A stretch of DNA of 64,000 nt. Origin: Macrostomum lignano. Lineage: Eukaryota. The stretch is taken from the NCBI GenBank assembly GCA_002269645.1, contig NIVC01000105.1, forward strand, positions 287,992 to 351,991. Reading direction: 5' to 3'. The notes under the pieces were generated by a model. It was not told the DNA's origin. It worked only from the letters and a program-made list of their open reading frames with translations, and made no database searches. The translations under genes and the position numbers were made by a program. Positions 1 to 10,975 of the stretch are shown in pieces; the stretch's first letter is position 1, and every line of letters starts with the position of its first letter.

Positions 1-115
1 GCTAATGGGTTATCAGGTGTGGAGATTGGGGTGGGTGTGTTTGAGTTGGCTAATGGGTTATCAGGTGCAAAGATTGGGGTAGGTGTGTCTGAATGGCTAG
101 TTGGTTATCAGGTGT
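1..115. repeat. End of a ~48-bp tandem repeat (GCTAATGGGTTATCAGGTG core)
   Basis: About 2.4 imperfect copies at the window edge. Confidence 0.6.
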
Positions 116-731
116 CCGGTGTTTGAAAATTTTAAGAGGCAGTTTTTTCGAAAAAAGACACTACGGAAATAGGAACTTTTTATTTTCTCAGCACAAAAAT
201 TGTTACTGATTTCGATAGGAGGCAGACCAAATGTTCATCTTTTTAAATGTTTTGCCTTTTATAGCTCTATTGATATTCATAAAGCTTTTTTTATAAAATA
301 GGGTTTTATGTTAATTTTATTTATTCTACGTACACTGTGCTAGAAATCATAAAAATGCGTGGCCCAGTTTGACTTATCATGGTTTTATGAATCTATTTTA
401 TATCATCTCTGTTTAAACATACTGTTACACAGTCAGCTAATAATCATAAAATAGATTCATAAAAACAATGAGCCGTGCCTTGCAATTTTAATGGTTAATT
501 TTAGGCACAGGATATGTACGTACTTGGATAATTTCTAACAATTAAAATGAAAGTTTATATGAAAAGGCATGAAATGAAAAACGCATTGATTTAATAATAT
601 ATTTAAAAATAAACAGGATGAGTTATAAACTTTCTATTCCGAACAGCAGCATATGTACGTAGGCAGTGACAGACACGAGTTTCCGTTTAACATATTATTA
701 ATTCTCTAGAGAACACGACACCACGGTAAAG

Positions 732-1141
732 TGCAGATACTAGAATAACCAGATGGGCCACTCAGCGCATTTGCGTGTAAGCTACTGTCAGTTCAGTATT
801 AATGTATTTTTAAAGTCAAGGCTCATTTATTGGCTCTTACCCCCAGCTTAACTATCCAACCGGCGTACCCCCCCTCCGCCTCGCCCCAATTTTTATTGCC
901 CCAATTTTATCTCGGAAAATTCCAGCCTAAAGCTTCCATGTACATTTCGGTGGACTGGCTAATGTACATTAGTGCTGAACCAATTAGCAAGCTGTTTACG
1001 TCTGCAAGCTTGGGCTTCTAAGCTTATCAAAGTCATTTCAGCCGCATTTATTTCTATAAAATAGCTTATGCATTCTTCTTTGTTACTGAACTGAAAGTAT
1101 AAAGCTGTTTTAGTAAGTAGTATGTACCGTATGTCTGAGTG
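732..1141 (-). mobile_element. hAT-like MITE family B, partial copy (inverted relative to 25339..25796)
   Basis: Begins CAGATACTAGAATAACCAGATGGGCCACTCAG and is colinear with the reverse complement of the 25.3-kb copy; the other terminus is truncated. Confidence 0.8.
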
Positions 1142-1741
1142 TTAAGTAAAAAGTTATAACTGCATACTATATAAACATTGAAAATTCATCAAAACAGAAT
1201 ATTTTACACGTTTGCAATATTTAAGAGAGTTGCTAAACAGAATACATAAGATAGCCAACTTACCACGAAGAGTGCAAAAATTATTGAAATAATATTTTTA
1301 TATTAAATCTGTGCAACTTTTAAATCACAGAGTATAAAGAAAGTCGTCAATTTCAATTTTAGAAAATAATATTTTAAAACTATGACTTTGAGAATATTTA
1401 CATAGTAGGTTTAAACAATATTAATGTGTAAAATTGTGACTAATAGCTTTATTATAACGGATAAACACATTCAGTCTTACACCTATCATATCGAAACATT
1501 GTTAAACAAAACAATCAGCAGATTATCTATGCTAAGCAGAGAAAATTAGGTTCTGTATTTACAATAAAGTGGGCCAGCCGTGCGTTTGATTTCAATCAGA
1601 CAGTAAAAGACAAAACAATGAAAACAGTTTGGCATCCAAATAACATTTTTGAGTTTTTTTCGCAGTTAACACTTTGTATAATGCGAACGATGAATTAATA
1701 GAAAAAAATCTCTAATGGATAGGTAAGGTCCATGAATAACA

Positions 1742-2385
1742 GGCATAACCGGTGTCTAACAGGTAGAACCGGTGTCTAACGGGTATAGCCGGTGTCTAAC
1801 AGGTATAACCAGTGTCTAACAGGTATAACTAGTGTTTAACAGGTAGACCCGGTGTCTAACAGGTAGGGCCAGTGTTAACAGGTAGAACCGGTGTCTAACA
1901 GGCATAACCGGTGTCTAACAGGTAGAACCGGTGTCTATCAGGTAGAACCGGTGTCTAACGGGTATAGCCGGTGTCTAACAGGTATAACCAGTGTTTAGCA
2001 GCTATAACTAGTGTTAACAGGTAGACCGGTGTCTAACAGGTAGAACCAGTGTTTAGCAGCTATAACTAGTGTTAACAGGTAGACCGGTGTCTAACAGGTA
2101 GAACCAGTGTTTAGCAGCTATAACTAGTGTTAACAGGTAGACCGGTGTCTAACAGGTAGAACCAGTGTTTAGCAGCTATAACTAGTGTTAACAGGTAGAC
2201 CGGTGTCTAACAGGTATAACCAGTGTTTAGCAGCTATAACTAGTGTTAACAGGTAGACCGGTGTCTAACAGGTAGAACCCGTTTCTAACAGATAGGGCTA
2301 GTGTCTAAGAGGTATAAACGGTGTCTAACAAGTCAACCCGGTGTCTAACAGGTACAAAAGGTGTCTAACAGGTATAACTAATGTC
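1742..2385. repeat. Minisatellite, ~20-bp unit CCGGTGTCTAACAGGTAGAA
   Basis: Visible tandem periodicity; shares the core GTGTCTAACAGGTA with the 4.1-5.7 kb array. Confidence 0.95.
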
Positions 2386-2699
2386 CTAAAGGGTAGGAAC
2401 TCATCTCATAACACATAAACACATTCACACTATAAGTAAATTCGCATCATACAAATAAAAAAGATGAATAATATAATATGTAAACTGCGCCCTAAATTTA
2501 ATTATAGTTACAGATCAAACACCCAGCTGCAAATACACGTTACACAAATATTTTCCTGCTTTTTTAAATTATTATTAAAATTGAACCTAATAGGCGATTT
2601 CAACAAATTCCATAGACGCCAGTGGGTAATTGGTATATTTTAACATGCACAGTTAAATATTTTACTTTATCCTCATTGTCAGTGTACGCATATGGTGGA

Positions 2700-3345
2700 G
2701 GCTATCCCAATAACTAAGGATCTGGGAGGCTGGCTCAGCAACTGATGATTTGGGAGGCTGGTCCGGCGACTGACACTCTGGGAGGCTGGCCCAGCAACTG
2801 ACACTCTGGGAGGCTGGCCCAGCAACTGACACTCTGGGAGGCTGGCCCAGCAACTGGGGATCTGGGAGGCTGGTGGAACAGCAACTGAGGATCTGGAGGG
2901 CTGGCCCAACAACTGAGGATCTGGGAGGCTGGCTCAGCAACTGAGGATCTGGGAGGCTGGTGGAACAGCAACTGAGGATCTGGGAGGCTGGCTCAGCAAC
3001 TGAGGATCTGGGAGGCTGGTGGAACAGCAACTGAGGATCTGGAGGGCTGGCCCAACAACTGAGGATCTGGGAGGCTGGCTCAGCAACTGAGGATCTGGGA
3101 GGCTGGTGGAACAGCAACTGAGGATCTGGAGGGCTGGCCCAACAACTGAGGATCTGGGAGGCTGGCCCAACAACTGAGGATCTGGGAGGCTGGCTCAGCA
3201 AATGAGGATCTGGGAGGCTGGTGGAACAGCAACTGAGGATCTGGAGGGCTGGCCCAACAACTGAGGATCTGGGAGGCTGAATGGCCCAGCAACTGAGGAT
3301 CTGGGAGGCTGAATGGCCCAGCAACTGAGGATCTGGGAGGCTACC
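2700..3345. repeat. Minisatellite, ~28-bp unit GCTGGCCCAGCAACTGAGGATCTGGGAG
   Basis: Tandem array; reverse complement of the unit at 62.06-62.32 kb. Confidence 0.95.
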
Positions 3346-3489
3346 AACAAAGGATTTGTATCAAAACTATCAATACACCTGGCTTGTACTTTCTCTTCTA
3401 CTCCCTATGCATATACAATACATGTTCCCATATTAAATCCCGATTAGCCTTTTACAGCTACGATACACAATATGAAAACAAAAATCAGG

Positions 3490-4013
3490 TCAACCAGAAT
3501 GATCTGACAGTTTCACCGCAACAGAGTCGCCAGTCTGGATGGCATCACCGCCAACGCCGGACAAACCGCTGCTACATGGCTTCGGCGTTGGCTGAACAGT
3601 CTTAGTTTGCACCGACAGTCGGGCCACCCCGAACTTGGCATAGGCAAAGATAGCGGCAATAACCAGGGAAGTTCCCAGCACAAACTGCGGACTCAACTGG
3701 AAGTTGAACATGTAGATTGAAAATATGCACGCAATGATGATCGCGGCGGATGTTGCAAATCCTTTAATGATATTGTCGAGATATTTCACTACAACGGCTA
3801 CTACAAGGCCGCCAACGCTCTGCAGTAAGATGACGAACAGCACCCAGCCGTCGTAGCCATACAGGAATCCTTTGTTCATCAGCATGGAGCCGTCATTAAT
3901 ATAAGCGGTTGCCACGCCGAATAGCACGCCTTCAAATGCAAGCTGAACATTGCGCCACCATAGCGACTTCTCCGTGTTCTTGAGCATGAACTCAAAGTAA
4001 ACACCAGCGAAGC
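3490..4013 (-). CDS. SLC35A: SLC35A transporter coding exon 3 (terminal)
   Basis: Acceptor CGCGCAG|GC restores SGFAGVYFE; continues SLWWRNVQL...GGLVVAVVVKYLDNIIKGFATS; TGA at 3492-3490. Confidence 0.92.
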
Positions 4014-4104
4014 CTGCGCGAGTTGGAAGGGCTCTGGGAATGTATCTAACACACGAAAGTGTATATCTAAAATATGCAACTGTGTATTTAACATATACAA
4101 TTAT

Positions 4105-5745
4105 GTATCTAACAAGTAAGAGATGTGTCTAACAGGTAAGAGATGTATCTAACAAGTAAGAGAAGTGTCTAACAGGTAAGATATGTATCTAACAGATAAG
4201 AGATGTATCTTAAAGCCGTAAAAGGTAGGAGAAGTGTCTAACAGATATGTCTATCAGCTGTAAAAGATGTTTCTAACAGGTAAGAGTTGTGTCTAACAGA
4301 TAAGAGATGTGTCTAACAGGTAAGAGTTGTGTCTAACAGGTAAGAGTTGTGTCTAACAAGTCAGAGATGTGTCTAACAGGTCAGAGATGTGCCTAACAGA
4401 TAAGAGATGTGTCTAACAAGTAAGAGATGTGTCTAACAGATAAGAGATGTGTCTAACAGGTAAGAGATGTGTCTAACAGATAAGAGTTGTGTCTAACAGG
4501 TAAGAGTTGTGTCTAACAGGTAAGAGATGTGTCTAACAGGTAAGAGATGTGTCTAACAAGTCAGAGATGTGTCTAACAGGTCAGAGATGTGTCTAACAGA
4601 TAAGAGATGTGTCTAACAAGTAAGAGATGTGTCTAACAGATAAGAGATGTGTCTAACAGGTAAGAGATGTGTCTAACAGATAAGAGTTGTGTCTAACAGG
4701 TAAGAGTTGTGTCTAACAGGTAAGAGATGTGTCTAACAGGTAAGAGATGTGTCTAACAGGTAAGAGATGTGTCTAACAAGTCAGAGATGTGTCTAACAGG
4801 TCAGAGATGTGTCTAACAGATAAGAGATGTGTCTAACAAGTAAGAGATGTGTCTAACAGGTAAGAGATGTGTCTAACAGATAAGAGTTGTGTCTAACAGG
4901 CAAGAGTTGTGTCTAACAGGTAAGAGATGTGTCTAACAAGTCAGAGATGTGTCTAACAGGTCAGAGATGTGTCTAACAGATAAGAGATGTGTCTAACAAG
5001 TAAGAGATGTGTCTAACAGATAAGAGATGTGTCTAACAGGTAAGAGATGTGTCTAACAGATAAGAGTTGTGTCTAACAGGTAAGAGTTGTGTCTAACAGG
5101 TAAGAGATGTGTCTAACAGGTAAGAGATGTGTCTAACAGGTAAGAGATGTGTCTAACAAGTCAGAGATGTGTCTAACAGGTCAGAGATGTGTCTAACAGA
5201 TAAGAGATGTGTCTAACAAGTAAGAGATGTGTCTAACAGGTAAGAGATGTGTCTAACAGATAAGAGTTGTGTCTAACAGGCAAGAGTTGTGTCTAACAGG
5301 TAAGAGATGTGTCTAACAGGTAAGAGATGTGTCTAACAAGTCAGAGATGTGTCTAACAAGTCAGAGATGTGTCTAACAGATAAGAGATGTGTCTAACAAG
5401 TAAGAGATGTGTCTAACAGGTAAGAGTTTTGTCTAACAGGTAAGAGATGTGTCTAACAGATAAGAGATGTGTCTAACAGGTAAGATATGTGTCTTAACAG
5501 GTAAGAGTTTTGTCTAACAGGTAAGAGATGTGTCTAACAGATAAGAGATGTGTCTAACAGGTAAGAGTTGTGTCTAACAGGTAAGAGATGTGTCTAACAA
5601 GTCAGAGATGTGTCTAACAGATAAGAGATGTGTCTAACAGGTAAGAGATGTGTCTAACAAGTCAGAGATGTGTCTAACAGGTAATAGATGTGTCTAACAG
5701 GTAAGAGATGTGTCTAACAAGTCAGAGATGTGTCGAACAGGTATA
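4105..5745. repeat. Intronic minisatellite, 20-bp unit GTGTCTAACAGGTAAGAGAT
   Basis: About 80 copies in SLC35A intron 2. Confidence 0.97.
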
Positions 5746-5871
5746 ACAGAGAAATCAACAGAAACCAAGAAACCAAGGCTATGAAATTGAAAACATTTAC
5801 TTTAATAATATCATATACGCTAAAACTACTTGTGCGCAATGCGCATAGTTTGACGAAGAAATCAGGTCAAA

Positions 5872-6168
5872 CATACATGCGCAACAGTCGGCCGAGTCGG
5901 CCGATCCGGCCGACCGATTTGGTGGCCAACCAAGGAAGTCGCAAAAATGCCAACCCGAAAAAACACGGAGTAGTAGTACTAAGTAGCTGACGAGGCATTT
6001 TGGCTTTATAAGACAGTCATAGTTACTCCTGCCGTTTACCCAAAGTTGCGTTAATTTTGCTTTCGGGTTTTTTTACATGTAAGTCGCATTTTTGGCCAAA
6101 AACTACGTCGCATTTTTGTTAAAACTAAGTCGCATGGCCGACCGAAATTTGGAGGTTGCGCATGTATG
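5872..6168. mobile_element. hAT-like MITE family A (297 bp)
   Basis: 14-bp TIR CATACATGCGCAAC; perfect 8-bp TSD AGGTCAAA (5864-5871, 6169-6176). Confidence 0.92.
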
Positions 6169-6430
6169 AGGTCAAAACAGTAAGAGGAAGTAGAGAGACG
6201 GGGTGCTTGACAAAAACCTAACACAATCGGAGGCAATATAAGACCGCCTATTCAGGCAGCTAGCAGCTGAACAAACATACGGTAGGGAATATTGGATCAG
6301 AAATTCTCAATAAGTCGTGGGTGGGTGCGAGTGAACCTTTACCGGCAAAAAATAAGCTGTTGACTTATAGTTTTATAGACAGAATCATAAGAGTCAATAA
6401 TTGACTTTGCACTGACTGACTGACTGACAA

Positions 6431-7068
6431 TCAAAATGATTCACTGACAAACCCAACACACTGACAGAGTGATTCACTGACAAACCCAACACACTGACAG
6501 AGTGACTCACTGACAAACCCAACACACTGACAGAGTGACTCACTGACAAACCCAACACACTGACAGAGTGACTCACTGACAAACCTAACACACTGACAGA
6601 GTGACTCACTGACAAACCCAACACACTGACAGAGTGACTCACTGACAAACCCAACACACTGACAGAGTGACTCACTGACAAACCTAACACACTGACAGAG
6701 TGACTCACTGACAAACCCAACACACTGACAGAGTGACTCACTGACAAACCCAACACACTGACAGAGTGACTCACTGACAAACCCAACACACTGACAGAGT
6801 GACTCACTGACAAACCCAACACACTGACAGAGTGACTCACTGACAAACCCAACACACTGACAGAGTGACTCACTGACAAACCCAACACACTGACAGAGTG
6901 ACTCACTGACAAACCCAACACACTGACAGAGTGACTCACTGACAAACCCAACACACTGACAGAGTGACTCACTGACAAACCCAACACACTGACAGAGTGA
7001 CTCACTGACAAACCCAACACACTGACAGAGTGACTCACTGACAAACCCAACACACTGACAGAGTGGCT
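6431..7068. repeat. Intronic minisatellite, 33-bp unit CACTGACAAACCCAACACACTGACAGAGTGACT
   Basis: About 19 near-identical copies. Confidence 0.97.
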
Positions 7069-7140
7069 CAGTTGAAACGCAGACAATCAGATTGATACAG
7101 CTTAAACAATGATTTATAACAGATGAATTGAATTTCTTAC

Positions 7141-7354
7141 CTGACATCAGACACGCTACAACCACAGCCAGCAATCCCAGCAAAGGATTCTGTTCCACGC
7201 CAACTTTATTATAATGTTTAACAGTCTGCAACTGCACAATGGCGACGCCAGCAAACAGGGCCACCAAGCTGACCCATTGTATTTTGCTCAACGCTTTACG
7301 GAGAATTATAACCGAAAAGAATGCCGTAGTGAGCAGTTTCAACTGGTAGGTGAC
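7141..7354 (-). CDS. SLC35A: SLC35A transporter coding exon 2
   Basis: Acceptor CCCCAG|GTC; encodes VTYQLKLLTTAFFSVIILRK...LLGLLAVVVACLMS; donor CAG|GTAAGA (phase 1). Confidence 0.92.
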
Positions 7355-7399
7355 CTGGGGTGTTGGTGAATTTGGTGAATGTGCAAGTAAACACGCTTT

Positions 7400-8218
7400 C
7401 TCCATCAAACAGCCCCTGTCTTTAAGTACCTTTTCCTTCAAACACTATCTGTCTTTAAGCGCCTTTTCCTTTAAACAGCCCCTGTCTTTAAGCGCATTTT
7501 CCTTTAAACAGCCCCTGTCTTTAAGCGCCTTTTCTTTCTAACAGCCGCTGTCTTTAAGCGCCTTTTCTTTCTAACAGCCCCTGTCTTTAAGCGTTTTTCC
7601 CTTCAAACAGCCCCTGTCTTTAAGTACCTTTTCCATTAAAACACTATCTGTCTTTAAGCGCGTTTTCCTTTAAACAGCCCCTGTCTTTAAGCGCCTTTTC
7701 CTTTAAACAGCCCCTGTCTTTAAGCGCCTTTTCTTTCTAACAGCCGCTGTCTTTAAGCGCCTTTTCTTTCTAACAGCCGCTGTCTTTGAGCGCCTTTTCC
7801 TTCAAACAGCCCCTGTCTTTAAGCGCCTTTTCCTTCAAACAGCCCCTGTCTTTGAGCGCCTTTTCCTTCAAACAGCCCCTGTCTTTAAGTACCTTCTCCA
7901 TTTGAACACCATCTGTCTTTAAGCGCTTTCTCCCTTCAAACAGCCCCAGTCTTTAAGCGCTTCCTCCCTTAAAACAGCCCCAGTCTTTAAGCGCTTCCTC
8001 CCTTCAAATAGCCCCAGTCTTTAAGCGCTTCCTTCCTTCAAACAGCCCCAGTCTTTAAGCGCTTCCTCCCTTCAAACAGCCCCAGTCTTTAAGCGCTTCC
8101 TTCCTTCAAACAGCCCCAGTCTTTAAGCGCTTCCTCCCTTCAAACAGCCCCAGTCTTTAAGCGCTTCCTTCCTTCAAACAGCCCCTGTCTTTAAGCGCTT
8201 CCTCCCTTAAAACAGCCC
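7400..8218. repeat. Intronic minisatellite, ~33-bp unit AAACAGCCCCTGTCTTTAAGCGCCTTTTCCTTC
   Basis: Fills almost all of SLC35A intron 1 (7355..8252). Confidence 0.97.
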
Positions 8219-8252
8219 GTATTTAAACGCCAAACTGCCAGACTAAGCTCAC

Positions 8253-8594
8253 CTGATAAGTAACAGCATCAAGGTTACTAATAGCAACATAGAGCAGATT
8301 ATTTTGCAGCACATATATCACAGCTGGTACAGATATTTTCAAACAGTCAATAGGATCTCCATAGGTATTTTTAATGAGAAAATCGCTGAATGATTTCATA
8401 GAGCCGCATTCCCAGGCCACCAAGCCGCAGGACACAAAGAATTTCACCACCTCAGAGCAGACAACAGCAGTAGATGAGAAGAACATATCCCCAGGTCTGG
8501 TGCGAATGTAGCGCATCACAAGAATCAATGACACATTTTGCAATGTTAAAATAATCAATGTTGAAACTTTTATTAATTGATTATTTCCAGCCAT
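8253..8594 (-). CDS. SLC35A: UDP-galactose/UDP-GlcNAc transporter (SLC35A family), coding exon 1 of 3; join complement(8253..8594,7141..7354,3490..4013), 359 aa
   Basis: LTLQNVSLILVMRYIR...CSEVVKF...LKISVPAVIYVLQNNLLYVAISNLDAVTYQ matches nucleotide-sugar transporter motifs. Donor CAG|GTGAGC at 8252. An upstream in-frame ATG at 8654 is an alternative start. Joined CDS is 1080 nt, in frame. Confidence 0.9.
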
Positions 8595-9294
8595 GGTAAC
8601 CAATTGATCTGGCATGTGATATGCAACTTTGTTGCTTATCTGTTTGTCATGCATAATAATATGAAATATAGATGAAAATTATGCACAGGCAAATTGAATA
8701 ATTGAATTGATTGAATATTTTTGTTATAATATTTAATTAGTATCAATTTTAATATTAGACCTTTGAAAATCTAATTAAAATTTATAAAAATTATCTAATT
8801 GCCAAAATTATAACTTCTTATATAAAAGTTTATATTAGTTCTTTTTTAAATCTATCCTATCAAAAAACTTACAATGACAATCTTTTTATGGCTTTGACTT
8901 TTAATTTGGCCATACCAATACGAAAATGGTTCTAGGGAACATATTGTTACCATGAAATTTATACTTGTATCTATAGTTAACATGTTTTTCAAAGAGTCTA
9001 TGTGTCTCTCTCAGAGGCCTAGTATAGTATAGTTTTATAATGGACCCTCTGGATTAGCCTTAAATTGATTGGATTCTTAGCTAGTTAGCATTTTTAACTA
9101 ACTTAGTTGCATCAATAACTAGGTGTAAGTCATCCATTGTTGCTATCTTTGGCAAATTATCTGGTTAGAATACTCAAAAGTAAATAGGTCTAACTTGAAA
9201 TACAACTCCCTACGTTAATATAGTCTATAGCAATATTCATTTAGGGCTTCTTATAATAAAATTCATTAGATAGAAAGCAATTTATAACTTTAGG

Positions 9295-9591
9295 CATACA
9301 TGCGCAACCTCTGAAATTCGGTCGGCCATGCGACTTAGTTTTAACAAAAATGCGACGTAGTTTTTGGCCAAAAATGCGACTTACATGTAAAAAACCCTAA
9401 AGCAAAATTAACGCAACTTTGGGTAAACGGCAGGAGTAACTATGACTGTCTTATTAAGCCAAAATGCCTCGTCAGCTACTTAGTACTACTACTTGATTAT
9501 TTTTTCGGGTGGGCATTTTTGCGACTTCTTTGGTTGGCCGCCAAGTCGGTCGGCCGGATCGGCCAACTCGGCCGACTGTTGCGCATGTATG
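9295..9591. mobile_element. hAT-like MITE family A, second copy in opposite orientation
   Basis: Same TIR; perfect 8-bp TSD ACTTTAGG (9287-9294, 9592-9599). Confidence 0.92.
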
Positions 9592-9619
9592 ACTTTAGGG
9601 GTTTAGGGCCATCTTTAGG

Positions 9620-10975
9620 TCATAGAATATATCTACTTAAGGGTTAGAAAGTCAAGGCCTTGAAAATGACTCTTGTAGTATATGGCCTACTATTAGCACC
9701 ACCTAGGAGAAAGTTGAGGCAGTAACCAATTTGCTTGATAAGGATTGCCAAATTCAAGTTGCCACAATTGCCTAACCTGTGGCCATCTTAGCTAGGTCAG
9801 TGAATAAGATCATATGCCAAATCCTAAAATACAATAAGATTAGTGCCTGATAAGTATCCCAAATGCTTTCATAGGACCACAAGCAAAACTGGCTTAGCTC
9901 TTGCTGGCTTATGCTAGACTTTTACAACGAGAACCCAGATGGATTTAAGTGACAAATCATAACTGAAAATGAATACTGGATCTACTACTTTGATCCTAAG
10001 TTTAGGCAAGATTCCATAGACTGGCAGCATTCTACCTAGGGAAGGGGCCCTACAAGTTCAAGCAAGCAAAAATTAGCTAGCAAGCTCTTAGCCTCTTAGC
10101 CTGTTTCTTTTGGGACTATCAAGGAATCCTACTTGCCAAGTACTTGCTTATTGGGCATATTGCCATAGGTATCTGGTATGCTAAATAGCTAGGCTAGCTT
10201 TATTATGCAGTTGTCCAGAAGAAACAGGGAAGGTAAATGCTGCCCCCTTTCCTCTATTGCTTCATAACAATACCTCAGTTCACACTGCCCATGGTTGCAA
10301 TTAATGCTGCCACTACTGTGGGGTTTGAAATCCTTATCTATCTGGCTTATTCATTAGAGGTCAGATGGGATTGAAATCTTTGGGCGGGATTGGGATAGGG
10401 ATTCAGGAATTGGGATCAGGTCTTTTAATGTATTGTCCATATAAAGTTAAACAAAATTGAGAAAAGATTGTCAAGATCAAAAAGTAAAACACAACAAAAT
10501 TGATATGAAGTTTTATAACCAACAAAATAAATAATGTAACGAGTACAAGTTAAAGCAAAATACCTTCAAGCAATCACTAACACTAATTGTCTAATTCTAT
10601 AAATTTTTAATCAAAAGACCTTTTCTCGAATCTTGAGTTTTTTAGGGTCAGGATTCTGGTCCTGCTGGAATTCAATTTTCCTTGGGATCCCAAGATTTTG
10701 GGATTGGGATCGGGATCCCATCGGACCTCTACTATTCACTAGACCTGGCACACCCAATTTCTATCTATTTTCCCATCAGCATAAGCGGCTACTCTGTAGG
10801 GCCTAGGCAGTAGGCACTATTTTGAGTTTAACAAAGGGGTCATCAACCTTGCCAACTAGTGGCTAGAGGACCAACTAGCCAAGTTCTACACTAGTGATAT
10901 CCGGGTACTGCTCAACCAATGGCAGAAATGTATTGATTGCCAAGGCCAAGGGGACTACATATATTCAAAAATAAT
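9620..10975 (+). pseudogene. Degenerate mariner (Tc1/mariner) transposase relic
   Basis: Motifs in order: KISA**VSQML (cf. ARWVP), WIYYFDP, FFWDYQGILL, LHNNTSVHTA (cf. LHDNA), GFEIL..AYS/LDLA (cf. YSPDLAP), KCID..GDY. Many stops and frameshifts. 5' boundary approximate. Confidence 0.85.
10355..10731. mobile_element. Older hAT-like MITE inserted in the mariner YSPDL motif
   Basis: 17-bp TIR TAGAGGTC(A/C)GATGGGAT with one mismatch; degenerate 8-bp TSD TTATTCAT/CTATTCAC. Confidence 0.75.

Noticed and set aside
2662-3324. Repetitive ORFs here and at 6394..7086, 20495..20892, 42352..43074, 54788..55494, 58436..59499 and 60821..61489
   Set aside because: All are translations of minisatellites, mostly open in several frames and lying in introns or UTR-adjacent DNA.
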